This document shows, piece by piece, positions 26,816 to 38,584 of a stretch of DNA of 42,876 nucleotides; within the stretch, counting starts at the first letter, position 1, and each line of letters opens with the position of its first letter. The notes below the pieces were generated by a model. The model was not told the DNA's origin. It saw nothing but the letters and a program-made list of their open reading frames with translations, and did no database searches. The position numbers were made by a program, and so were the translations under genes. Source of the stretch: Hyphochytrium catenoides (taxonomy: Eukaryota > Protista > Hyphochytriomycota). The DNA lies in assembly GCA_900088475.1 (NCBI GenBank), contig FLMG01003988.1, positions 1 to 42,876 of the forward strand, written 5' to 3'.

Positions 26816-28684
26816 TTATGGCTCAGAAAGAATTGACTTGTCTTTTAGAAAGAACGCCGCAGAGCGCGGCGGGATGTAAAGCATAGTGCTTCCCGAAGAA
26901 AGTGTCATCCTCTTAGGACTGTCGGGATGGAACTCATCCAGCACGTTAATATACGTCCCTGGCTCTAATGTGCCGATAGAGCTCAGGTTGATCGTCAAGG
27001 TCGAGCCAGACTTGTTGATAATGCCTAATGCGTAGTTGCCTCTGGTCCATACAAGATGGTTATCCCAGTTCATCTCATTTGTCCAATGCCAATAGATGCT
27101 AGAACCCAACGTAACCTGACGGAACTTGATCATCTGCGGGATCAAAGGCCTAGAGAGGGGGCGACCATTGAACTCCATCCTACGGTGGAAGTTCTCATAC
27201 TGATTCAGGAAGATCTCCGCGTCCTTGTCCGCGCCCCGGTCGGAATAAACATACGGCAGTCCGCCCCTCTTGCCAAAGATAAAGGCAAACGCTAACATCT
27301 CATCAACCTCATCCGGGTACTTGAGGTACAGAAAGGCATCATTTGTGGGGATGTCATGGTTCATAATGAAAGTGAGAGACCGCTCGGCGTCCAGCGCTGC
27401 CTTAGGGTCGCGAGCAAACATTCCGTAGGGCATAACGTCGACAACCTTTCGGAGGCTGCCACCAATTTTGAAGGCCTGACGGAGCTCAGTCGTCAGCGGA
27501 AAGTCGTAGAATAAGACGCGCTTGTCAGCAGTGGCAAGAGAAGGACCGAGCGATGTGTCATAGTTATTCTTGTCACCAATTACTTCCGCTAGGAGCACCA
27601 TATCGTCTTCTATGATGGGGCCAAGAGGTCCCTCGGCAGAGTCTGTCACAGGAGCAAAGAGAGACTCAAAGTACTCTGGATTAACATGCTTGTACGCGTC
27701 GAAGCGGAATCCCTTGACGCCATAGCTCTTCAGCCTGAGAAGATACGCTCGCTGTTCCCGCAACACCACTGGGTTAGGTGGCAGGCGTCGCCCTCCAGCA
27801 TTGCCTGCGTCAATCCCTACATTCAGATCAAGCAATCCCTGAGGCACACGGAAGTCGTTGAGCCGCCAGTAGCGCGATTGGAATGGGATGTCATAGTTCT
27901 CCACGTTTTTCGTCTCGTACCAGGGAGAGGTCACGTTGTAGATGATGGCTGGGTTGCTGCACTGAGAGCCAGAGCAGGTGGATTTGTAGACGTTCTTGCC
28001 CGAGAAGAGAGGTCCAGTAACCGGAGAAGTTACCCAGGATTGGCTCTTTACGTCCCACGTGCGGTAGGTGTACCTCTTGGCTGCGTAGTTCTCATAGATT
28101 GCTGAGGGAGGAATGGTGATCATGTCCTTGTCTTTATAGTCCCGGTCAACGTCTGGATAGTGCAGCATATGGTTGAGGACAATGTCGATGATAATCCTGA
28201 CTCCCGCTTTCTCGGCAGCGGCCATCATCTCTTCAAAATCCTGCTGGCTTCCCAGCGGCCCGTCGATAACGCGATAATCTAGCGGCTGGTAGCGCTTGTA
28301 CCAGGAGCGAGGAGTGTCCCCGTTGACACTGGCCACATCGCTCTCCAGGGACAAAGTAGGCGGTGATACATGGAGGTGCGTGTACCCTAGGCTCAGCAAG
28401 GAAACCTTTTGCATCTCCGCCGTGATATCCTTGAATCGCCAGTTGAACAACTGAAGGACGGTGTAGGGCAGCTCCCCAGGAATAGCAGCGCGTGCAATCT
28501 TCCGCTTGCATGGTCCATCAACAACTTGGTGGTCAAACTCCGTTGATCTTCGAAGATAGGTGTCTTCTCTGTACTGGTCTGATGCCACACAAGAGTCCGC
28601 GTGGTAGATAGAAAAGGAACAGAGCGCAATCAACAGCGCCTGCAGGAGCAAGACTCCTCTACCCGGCACATGGTAGAGCTTCAT
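26816..28684 (-). CDS. Secreted alpha-amylase, GH13 (resembles proteobacterial subfamily GH13_27), 622 aa, intronless
   Basis: Signal-peptide-like N-terminus. GH13 regions: LQLFNW, WYKRYQPLDYRVIDGPLG, DIVLNH (I), GFRFDAYKH (II, nucleophile D), AEVIG (III, acid/base E), FIMNHD (IV). C-terminal beta-sandwich segment TRGNYALGIINKS...LEPGTYINVL. Confidence 0.9.
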   Translation of the reverse strand: MKLYHVPGRGVLLLQALLIALCSFSIYHADSCVASDQYREDTYLRRSTEFDHQVVDGPCKRKIARAAIPGELPYTVLQLFNWRFKDITAEMQKVSLLSLGYTHLHVSPPTLSLESDVASVNGDTPRSWYKRYQPLDYRVIDGPLGSQQDFEEMMAAAEKAGVRIIIDIVLNHMLHYPDVDRDYKDKDMITIPPSAIYENYAAKRYTYRTWDVKSQSWVTSPVTGPLFSGKNVYKSTCSGSQCSNPAIIYNVTSPWYETKNVENYDIPFQSRYWRLNDFRVPQGLLDLNVGIDAGNAGGRRLPPNPVVLREQRAYLLRLKSYGVKGFRFDAYKHVNPEYFESLFAPVTDSAEGPLGPIIEDDMVLLAEVIGDKNNYDTSLGPSLATADKRVLFYDFPLTTELRQAFKIGGSLRKVVDVMPYGMFARDPKAALDAERSLTFIMNHDIPTNDAFLYLKYPDEVDEMLAFAFIFGKRGGLPYVYSDRGADKDAEIFLNQYENFHRRMEFNGRPLSRPLIPQMIKFRQVTLGSSIYWHWTNEMNWDNHLVWTRGNYALGIINKSGSTLTINLSSIGTLEPGTYINVLDEFHPDSPKRMTLSSGSTMLYIPPRSAAFFLKDKSILSEP

Positions 28685-29366
28685 CCTTTGGCTTACAAGG
28701 CCGCCACAAGCCTCTTTATGAACGACCTAGTCCCCTGTGGCTGCGCCTGACAGGTTGACTCAACGTTTGGTAGGCCACGCAACCGATGATATGAGCAGAG
28801 TTGTGCAACTGACGACCGCATCGGGCAGCGGGCATCAGCATGAAGACTGTGGGCGGGAGATAGGCGGCCATGTCTCACGGATGGCTGTCACCCTGGCTTC
28901 CCAAGAGATGAACCCCCATTCTTTCTCATCAAAGATAACAGGGAAGCTGCTCCTCCTGCGGCCTTGTGATGATCCAACTCTTACAAGGGTAAAGATCAGC
29001 CCTAGCTCCTAATGATATGACCCAAGTACACGCCTACGACTGGTCTCACGCCGCTGGCAGGAAGAGAAGAGAGCTTGAGAGAACGACCGTGGCGTTCCCA
29101 TAGTTCTATGTGCCCGGCCTACTAGCGAAGGGATCCTGGCCATAGAAGTGAGTTGATGGTGGCTTCTTAGTCAGAAAGTTGAAGGCGGCGGGTAAAGTGA
29201 TAGCAAAAGATAGTCTTCTATGCTCAGGGAGATAAATGATAATGAATAAGAAGTAAGTTCAAAGAGCAGGGTTCTGATCTGTGCTCGCTGTTGCTCTTGA
29301 AGATGACTCTGCCGACTCCAAAGAACGTGGAGAGTTGAAGAGCCAGAAAGAAAACGAGCATGTACG

Positions 29367-29369
<3 letters not shown>

Positions 29370-29414
<45 letters not shown>

Positions 29415-29520
29415 TAAGAGAGAGAGACAGAGAGAACGAGAGAGAGAGAAAGAGAAAGAGAGAGAGAAAGGAGTTTGAGAGGGTGAGAGAGGAGAGGAGA
29501 AAAAAAGAAAGAAGAAACAA
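29370..29520. repeat. (GA)n / purine-rich microsatellite tract
   Basis: Long AGAGAGAG runs visible directly. Confidence 0.9.
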
Positions 29521-30964
29521 GGTAAGACAGCGGCCGGATAACATGAGAGACGGGCTTTATTATTCATCAAAGTTCTCTGGGGCTGCCTCGAGGACAAAAT
29601 AAGACCGTGAAGAGTGAGAGAGACGGACGTCGGGGCCTGCCCAGTCTTGAGATTGTCTAGACGCGCGCTCGACCGAATAAAGTGATAGAAGAACGACCGG
29701 TAGAACTACTGGCCCGTGACCATCGCCCATAAAAAGAGAGCTACTGCTGAGAAGAACGGTAGATCTATAGGCCAAAGAGCGGTGTCGTCCGGCCCATTGC
29801 CGACCGATGACTGAGAAGCATCAGGACCTCAGAGCTCATGGTACGCCGCTCTTGGACGTGCCTCTGTCTAGCACATATGGCCGCTAATACTGATCGAGGT
29901 CTAAACTTCAAGATCTGGGGATAGAAGAGGACATGACTTGTCCTAGGAGTACCGTGCTGCTGCCGCCCTACGAGACACCATCGTCTTGTTTGCATTCAGC
30001 GCTAGGCATTTCCTCTCGGTCACTAACAGGACGGCGAGATATGTCCAAGACTGTCCATCAGTCCATCAGCATCAGCCAAGGCAAGCACGTGAAGGCGAGC
30101 AACAGCAGCAAGGCAAGATCTTGATGTGAGTCACTCCGCCCGCTGTCTCGCGTCTTCTTCCTTGTCTTCTTCACCGACTGCTTCTAGGGCGCCCCCGTTC
30201 TGCGGTCTTAGACTTTATCCTCCTGTTTCTGGCTGCATCATCCGCCCGGGGCAGCTGCTGCTGAAGGCCATGTTATCTGCGCGGCACCAGCATCCACTGC
30301 GTCCACTTTATCTGAGCGGAAGGACAGGTACAACGACGCAGCGAGAAGATGATGGTCTAGTGATGAGCGTGGTGGACGGTCAGAGAGGGCGAAACGATTG
30401 AGGAGATGAAGGATACGGCTTCTCTGTCTTCTTATGCGGCCTTGTACCGACTGCTGAAGCTGCTCAGCTGATGACAGAACGTTGTCAACATTATCATCCT
30501 TTGTGATAGAAGACAAGAATAGGAGACAGCAGTAGGTCTACTTTATATGAACACAGCTAATAATGACGCCAAACGCGACAGATAGAGCTCATCAGTCCAT
30601 CCACAGACAGCCGCCGCCCTTCCGTCAGCACCAGCGATGAGACGTTATGGGTCCTCTTGGCCAGGCTGTATCCAAACTCTGCATCAGCCATTCTAGACGG
30701 AATCAGTCGAGCTGCAGAGGTAGGGCTTCGGCAAGGGATAAGGGGCAGCCATAGGACCGGTGGACCTCTTCCGCCGCCAGATAGACTTTCTAGCTCCAGT
30801 CGCCCTAGGATACGTAGCTAGCGAGCGCTCTGTATGTGTGCGTCTCTCTCTCTTTCTTTGCGTCTCTCTCTCTCTTCTTTTTTGGTCTGTCACTCTCTCT
30901 GTCTGGTGCATCTCTCTCCCACTCTCGCTTGCTCCTCTCTCCTTCATAAACCGCTGCCCTATCT

Positions 30965-30969
<5 letters not shown>

Positions 30970-30998
<29 letters not shown>

Positions 30999-31034
30999 NN
31001 NNNNNNNNNNNNNNNNNNNNNNNNNNNNNNNNNN
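30970..31034. repeat. (TC)n microsatellite abutting an assembly gap (N 30999-31034)
   Basis: TCTCTC run followed by 36 Ns. Confidence 0.9.
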
Positions 31035-31043
31035 CTATGACAC

Positions 31044-34000
31044 CTATCCACCGTCCACTTGCTCTCCTCCTCCTTCACCTAACAAGGCTAACTCTGTCTT
31101 CCTCCTCCAGCCTGCAGACAGACCTCGACTTCTCCTCCTCGCGCTCTGATGGTGGGGAGACACTTCAAAGATCTCAAAGCGGCACTTGAGCATGACGCAC
31201 TCCAGCGGCCGCGTGAAGGCCAAGAAGACCAGGCGGACGCACAGAATGAAGATCGTCACTCCGCGGTTGATAGCAAACTGCCTTATAGACAGCGACCAGG
31301 CCGAGAGCTCCTCTTCACCATCGTTTGGCCGAAGAACGATGCGTCCACGAGCCAAGTCCAGCCTTGGATCACAGGTGGTGTTTGCCTGGTCCTCGTCCTC
31401 TCCCGGAAGAGGCTCCAGCCAGCCAGCAGCCAGCAGTGCAAACATGATGAAGGCTGTGAGGAAGAGAGCCACTAAGAGAAAGGCCAAGCTCTGTCGTCTG
31501 GAAGCTGCTGGAAAGGAATCATACGAAGCGGCAATGACAGCGCCGACAAAGTAAGCTGCAGACCAGAAGAGCCCTGGGAAGCTGAAGCACCAGAGACCGC
31601 CCCAGGAAGAGACCTGGAAGAGCAGGAGCTCCAGAAGCATGAAGCGCATGTCAAACGTCTGCAGGAGACTAGACAATATCCGATAGTTCATGCTGCCTGT
31701 GTAGACGACAGCGCACCAGCAGGACGAGAGAAACGCTGCCACTGCGAGTCCGCTTAGCCAGACCTTTTCCTCCTGCATGTTGGCAGCACGGAGGTGCTCT
31801 AGCACGCCTATGAAGAGAGACATCGTACAGAAGACAAAGACAAACCACGTGACAGTGGCTAACATCCTCTTCCGCCGGCGCAGCCAGCTACGGACCGCGC
31901 TTTCTTGTCCTAGAAAGCACTTCATGACTGTCATTCTGCTCTCCTCTTCCGTGAACTCTCGATTGGGGCGGTGCGCGACCAGGTAGAGCCGCCTCTGACC
32001 AAAGGTAGGAGAGAGAAAGAGAAGAGAAGAGAGAGAAGCCGACGTCGCCGAGAGGAAGAAGGCTTTGGATAGAGAGAAAGGAGGACGCAGAGGAGGGGAG
32101 GACGGGGATAATGCACGCTCATCTTGCTGGGGAAGAGAAGCAGGGGAGAGAGGAGGAGAAGAGAGACTCTTGGCGGCAGAAGAAGAAGAGACTGTGGCTG
32201 GTGTCTTGGTCTGTCTCTCTACTGAGCTTCTTCTCTCTTCCCGAGCTGGATCTGCTGCTATTGCAGGCTGCCGTCGTAACTGCGAGCTCCGGCTTATGTT
32301 TCCTGTCTCCTGGCTCTTCTTCTTCCTGGAAGAGAAAGAGGAACAACGAGCCGTGGAGCGCTGGATCTGGTTGAGAAGCTTGGCGATGGAGAGAAGCGAG
32401 AACCGCAGCTGTGGATCGTCAAAAACTGGGGCAGAAATGAGCCAGCGCTGGAAAGAGGGAAAGAGCTGCTGCTGAAAGTACCTCAGCTTTCCTTCACTTA
32501 CTCTCTTCTCTCTCTTCCTCTCCTCTCCTTCTCTCGTCTCGTCATCTTCTCTTCCTCCTTTTCTCTCTCCTCTTTCTTCCACTGCTGCTCTTTCTCTCTT
32601 CTGCTCCTCTTTATCTTTGTTAGGTGGCGAAGGAGGAGAGAAGGGACGGCAGAAGAGCGGCTGAGGAGCCTTGTCTTCTTCTTCTCTTTCTGTTTCTTCT
32701 CTTTCTCGTCTGCTGTTGTCTGCTACTGGATCATGCGGCTGAAGGGGAAGAGAGAGAGCAGTGCCTGTGGAGAGAGGAGAGGAAAGCCCTGTACGGAGGA
32801 TGTCTTCTTCCTCTTTCTTCTTCCTGGAGGAAAGGGAAGAAAGGTACTCTTCTTCCTTCTCTTCTTCTCCGGACGGCACCACCTCTACCTTTGCAGGGCG
32901 TCTCCCCCACTTGCCCCCGCTATTATCCTGATCTCCGTACTGGCTCTGACTCGCCTGTGGTTGGATTGCTTGCGGAGCTGGGGACGAGAGGAGAGGAGAG
33001 ACGACAGGAGGAGAGGAAGACAAGGCCTCCAGCCTGGCCGAGCCTGAAGCTTCTTCTCGCTGTCCTTCTTCTTTCTCTCTCGCGTCTTCCCGCTTCTCTT
33101 CCTCCTCCTGCTCTTCCTCTTCCTCCTCCCCCTCCTCCTCCTGGACCTTCTCAACCAGCTTGACCCTTGACTTCAGCGTCACACTGAGCCGCGGGTTGCG
33201 ATAGATAGAGCCGCAGAGCCTAGCTACGAGGATGACCAAGGTGTACAGGCGGTTGACAGCAAACTCCAAGAGAGAGAAGCGGACCTGGCGCCCTTCTCCC
33301 CCTGGCGAGCCAAGGGAAGGCCCCCAGACCCACTCGAGAGCACCGGCATCGCCTCTGTCATTGCCTAAAGAGGAACTGCCAACCTCTGCAGCTGCGTCTG
33401 AAGGCTGCTGCGGCGCCCATTCAAGNNNNNNNNNNNNNNNNNNNNNNNNNNNNNNNNNNNNNNNNNNNNNNNNNNCCATGACAGAAGAGAGTGACAAGAA
33501 AGACAGAGTCAAGCACGTCACTGTTCCTCTTCGAACAGGCGCTGGGCAGCAGTCCAAGAAGAGAAGAAGGCTGAAGCCCATGCACAACGTTAGGGATCCC
33601 AGGTATGCCGTGGCCGTGAAGCACCAAAGGCCGGCACACGCAGCGGCAAACAGCGCCACGTGCACAGCCAAAAAGCCAGCGTCAAAGCTCTTCAAGGTCC
33701 ACTTGAGCAGCTGCAGGTTAGCCACAGAAGCGTGGAAGAGCAGGATCCAGAGACATCCAAACACTGCTACCAAGCCAGGGAAGAATCGGTCTGTGAGAGA
33801 TGTAGGAAGAATGAAACAGAGTGCCGTCAAGATGAGGACCAAGAGTGCGATAAGAAGGGTGAGATATATCAGCCAGCGCCTTTGCAAGGAAGAAAGAGCG
33901 AATTGCTCCTGGCCCAAGAGCCTCATCAATGCTGTCTCCCGGGCCAGTCTGCCTGGCAGACAAAGGAAAGGCGTCACCGCCTGGAGAGAGTACTGCCGCC

Positions 34001-35207
34001 ATCGTCTCTCTCTCTCTATCCCTGTGCTCGTCGTGGTACTCTTCTCCATTCCTTGACCATCTCCTCCGCTTCGCCATGTGCTGCCCGTGGCGGCGGTGGG
34101 AAAGCTAGAAGAGGAGTGAGACGCCGAGGACTTCCAGGAGGAGCCACGAGACAGAGTGCCGCCGCTGCTGGGGCTGTGCCTGCCGCTGCTGCTCTGTCCA
34201 GCTCTGCCCGTGGTGCCGCTGGTGCCCTGCTGAGGAGAGACTCTCTTGTTCCTATTCCTTTTGTTGCTGCTGCTGCTTGGCTCCGTTGCCTTGATTTCTT
34301 CCCTTCTCGCCTGAGACTGTTCTTCTCTCTCCTCTTCTGTCCATTTGCGCTGTTCTTCTGGTTGAGGAGAAGATCGTCCGGTCCCGTGTGGAGCGGGCCG
34401 TCTCTCCTCTTTCCTCTTCTCATCCTCTGTCCTTTGTCCACGCTGCGCCCCTTCTTCACCTAGTACATCAGAGCTTGCACCTTTCGGTTTGCCTTCTTTA
34501 TAGACTGGGGAAGAAGCGAGGGAAGACGGGGGAGAGGGCAGCAGGAAAGACGTAGAGCCAGGCCATTCTGATTGAAGACGGGCCAGAAGGACACCTCGAA
34601 TATCTTGCAAGAGGAAGCTGCAGTCTTTCCAAAGCTTGCGCAGCTCTTCCTCTCGTGCTTGTGGGACTTGGGTCCATAAAGAACGGGAGCGATAAGAGGA
34701 GAGGGATAAGGAGGAGGAGGGAGAAAAGGGTGTTTAGCATGGAAGGGAGACACACAGGGAGAGGCAGAGAAAGAGAGGAGAGAGAGACAGAGAGAATGAA
34801 GAGAGAGACAGCTGGCCGAGAGAGAGAGAGAGAGAAACGGAGAGAGAGAGAGAAACGGAGAGAGACGTGAAGGAAAGGGATAGATAGACAAAAGAGGAGG
34901 AGCTCTCGGCTAGAAGAAAGATAGTTTAGATGCTAGCAGTGACCCAGAGGAAGACAGGGAAGAGAGAGAGAGAGAGAGAGAGAGATCTACCTCCTTCTGT
35001 CCTCTTGCATAACTCTTCCATTCCTCCTCTCTCCTCTGTGAGCTCGTGAAGCGCATCCTGGATCGCCTCACACAGAAGCTCGGCGGTCTCTCCTCTTTCT
35101 GTCGCGCTGTAACCATCAGAGTCTGTCTCTCCATCTAACTGCGCATCCGCCACGTGGACCTTCCACTTCTTCATCGTCCTTATCCCGTTCCCGGAGGCAG
35201 CTTCTGC
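31044..35207 (-). CDS. Large polytopic membrane protein with two homologous multi-TM modules and low-complexity linkers; main exon ~34666-31044 (contains N gap 33426-33475), probable upstream exon 35207-34991, start unresolved
   Basis: 1188-codon open frame with two hydrophobic clusters sharing motifs (NLQLLKWTLKSFDAGFL / NYRILSSLLQTFDMRFM; FAVNRLYTLVILVARL..NP..SVTLKSR / FAINRGVTIFILCVRL..RP..CVMLKCR). The upstream exon ends GAG|GTAGAT and joins in frame at AAG| (34666 or 34657). Confidence 0.75.
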
Positions 35208-37968
35208 CTGATAGAGAGTAAATGATCACGGAAGCGGTCGCTCTCTCTTTCTCTCTCTCTCTCTCTTATCTACCTCTGGCCTTACAGAGTGTAGGGTCTG
35301 TCTTTGTAGGTACCTCTTTCCAATCCTGTCTCTGCCGCTTCTCCCTCCTACTTCTTGTGCCTTCCTCTCTCTCTCTTCTCTCGAGCTTTCTCTTTGAGTG
35401 CGCGCGTGTCTCTTTTCGTCTCTCTATTCTTCCGTCTTGCCTCAGTCTCAAAGTCCAGTCAGCACGTCCTCCGCAGCCATCTGCAGCGTCTGCTTGTCGA
35501 CCAAAGTATTTTCAATCTTTGGAAGAGTTATTTCATTAGAGAGACGTTTATTAGGAGCCCGCGCTTCTCTTCAGAGAGGCACGCAGTCTTTTAGATGTCA
35601 AACTTGGCCATAGCACATGAGGCTGGCACCGCTTCCCTTCTAGGGCAGCAGTTAACGCTTGAGACAGAATGGGTCGTCTCTTCTCTCTCTCTGAAGTTGT
35701 CTCTCTTCTGCCTCGATTCTTTTCGTTCGCTCTCTCATTCACACACTCTTTCTCTCTTTGATCTGCTCTCGTTCTTCCTTTCAATGCTCTCCTTCTCCTT
35801 CTTGACTGAGCGTCAAGGGTACAATCACTACTATTACTTCTTCTATCTGTTCTTCATCTTTTAGGTGAGTGAACGGATGTCCGGCTTTATCCGCGGTGCA
35901 ACCTATAGAAAGGCCATGGAAGCATGCAGTTCACTCCTGCCGGCATACGACAGGCAAATCATAAAGAGAGAGAGAGAAAGATTAAAGAAGAGAGAAAAAT
36001 GAACACCTACGATGCGTAAAGTGAAGCATTTTTCTCCTCATAATGCTTCGCAAACGTTCGCTTCCTCTGTCTTCTCCGTTCTTTCTCTTGCCCCTTCAGC
36101 CTTGCAAGCATCCAGGATATGCTACAAGCAGTTGCTAGTGAGCCGAAGGGCTCTTCATACCTTTAGAAGGGTCTGATGGTGATGAGGTAGATGAGCACTA
36201 CAAGGACATGCGCGAATGACGTGAGCCGGAAAGAGAGAGCGACCGAGAAGGACATGCGGAGGAGGACAAGAGACAGAGACGCGAGAGGGGAATACTTCGA
36301 AAGCTAAGAAGAGATATGCCTTGAGCCTAGGGTTGGAGGAAGACAGAGACACCGAGGAACATGGAGAGAGAGACGGGAGGAAGAAGGTAGGTGTCATTAT
36401 CAACCACCGCTAGAGGGCACACAGAGTCACGAACTTGTTCGTTCAGGGCACACCCTGCTCAGGGTAAAGGCCAGACGCTGTCAGCAGGATGGTCATTGAA
36501 GTCCGTTACACCTTGATGCAAAGAGGAGCACGCCGCCCAAGCACTTCCCTGGTGCTTTGGCGGTACTTTATTGGTTGCTGCCGCAGCTGCTCCCGGTGCT
36601 GGTTGTGAAGCTGCTGCTGCTCCTAGTGCTAGTGGTGCTGGTCCTGCCCCTGTGCTGCCCCTGGTGGTGCTGCTTTGATGTGCTGCTCCTGGTGCTGGTG
36701 GTGCCAGTGCTGGTGCACTACTGTTTCAAGGTTGCGACGGATCGGATGATAAGAGCTGAATCCAAGCATGATGTAACGACCAGAAACATTCAACGGAAAC
36801 CTTCGTTGGAGGGAATTATTAACGAACAGCATGACGTCTCACTAACAGTTCATGAAAGTTTCCAACAGCAAAATAATCCTAATATTTCACGCCTGCGGAG
36901 TAGTGCACTAGAGGTTCAGAAGGAGGCCGAGATCTCATAACGGACGCCGTGCCGCCAGCACCGACGATGGAAGAGGAAGAAGAGTAGCCTCAAGTTCCTC
37001 AGTAGTAAGTGGTAGATAGTACAAAGAAGAGAAGATACTACGAGAGACAGTGGATGCCATTCTACCTAAGGAGACGGAGAAGAAAACGGCTCCTCCTTCC
37101 AGGATCGAAAGGAGAGGGACAGTATAGCGGACAGGCAAAGAGATGGTGGCTGTGGGTGTGAGAACGCTGATGGTAGGAGAGATATGTTAATTCTCTCATA
37201 GCCATCCACCACCTTGATATCTACTGGCTGGTATGACCTCTTCGTCCCACACTACTACCTTCGCTCCATTTCTCTCTAATGTGCTTCTCTCCCCCGTAGT
37301 GAGACATGACTGATCACTGAACAAGAGGACAACATCAAAGCCGTTGTTGTCACTCATCCTTTTGACCATCCTGATCTTAACAATGTCACCCCGCGCAGAG
37401 CTGAGGTTCCTCATAGGGATGTATCAGCTGCTGCTCCTTGATGGGCAGAGTGATCCACAAATCCTTTTCTTATACTAGAAGAGGATACTACTAGTTCTGG
37501 TGAGCAACAACTACCAGTCCAGGAGGAGGAAGTAATGTTTACATAGATTATCGACAGGCAGGATAGCTCCTCAAGCAGAAGAACAACACAGTTTGGCAGC
37601 ACGCGCAGTTCAAGGGTAATATTCTCCTCAGTGATATACCCGCTTGACGAAGTGTCGCTGAACCCGCCGCCCATGGTCCGGTGACGCCGACTGAGGCGCT
37701 AGTAGACTCCACCGCCACTGCTCCAAATAAGAACACTTTCGGGGGGTGGATAACGAACTCTGCCTTGTAACCGGATGCCAAATCAGCCACAGTATAGAAC
37801 GTGGCCGGCTTGTGCAATGGCACCCGTGGTACATGGACTACGTCGGCCAAAAGTTCTCTAACACTCCTGAGGAGACCATCACGCTAGTTGAACACGCTGA
37901 TCACTAAGGACATATAACCGCGACTGACAGATCCACATTCCCATTTCGAGGACTCAGAAGCTTCCCCT

Positions 37969-38009
37969 TACAACTGTCATATGGACTACAACTGTCATAT
38001 GGACTACAA
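37969..38009 (+). repeat. Perfect tandem duplication of 18-mer TACAACTGTCATATGGAC (2.3 copies)
   Basis: 37969-37986 is identical to 37987-38004, followed by TACAA. Confidence 0.9.
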
Positions 38010-38584
38010 GGCCACACTGTCAGCATTGGGCGACCTCATTTCATAGTCATCCCATAGAGAGAATTGACGGCATGCACGAAGGAGGGTCCTATCGAAAGAG
38101 GGAGAAGAGGGGATAAGAGGAAACAAGACTCAGTGGTGAGCCTCTAAACCACTTGCAGTTCCCAAGTCGAGACCATCCACCAGACGAGGACGAGCTCATG
38201 AGAGCTCATCCTTACCGACGGCACAGAACCGTGCTGATGGACAAACTGAGGCAACGGAAGTCGCAATGTTTGACCGACACTGCAGTTCTACTGACAGCGC
38301 CGCAGTGCCAAGGAAAGCACTGTTAAAAGAAGGGATTGGATTAACGCACAAGCACCGCCATAGAAGAGGAGGAAAACTCCGTGCCTTATACAGTCCTCGT
38401 ACTAGCGATCCCTGTCACCTGCTCGGCTGTCGCCAGGGCGCGACTTTTCCCTATCTTCTATTCTATTATTATTGCCCGCTGTTCGTTATCTTTTGTCCTC
38501 CAACTTTGGACAGCTCATGATCTCGAACAAAGGAGAGGAGGAGTGAGTCCTGCTGCTTGAAGAGTAACCTTCCTCATCCTTGCG

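Noticed and set aside
29224-29602. Leu/Ser-rich and Glu/Arg-rich ORFs (also 30693-31040, 34460-34891, 38557-39054, 39420-39919, 42634-42875)
   Set aside because: These are translations of (CT/GA)n microsatellites.
30408-30416. GTATCCTTC on the minus strand
   Set aside because: No supported gene model and no CCTTRAC branch site near a downstream AG.
34560-35100. Possible RGS-like helical domain N-terminal to the membrane modules
   Set aside because: Only a vague helical resemblance; the conserved RGS SxENxxF and INI motifs were not seen.
36557-36940. Plus-strand Leu/Val-rich 127-aa ORF that looks like a membrane protein
   Set aside because: The hydrophobicity arises from CTG/GTG triplet repeats; it has a TTG start and no splice or homology support.
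37969-38009. Direct repeat considered as a CRISPR-like array or a target-site duplication
   Set aside because: Two adjacent copies with no spacer or intervening element; a simple tandem duplication.
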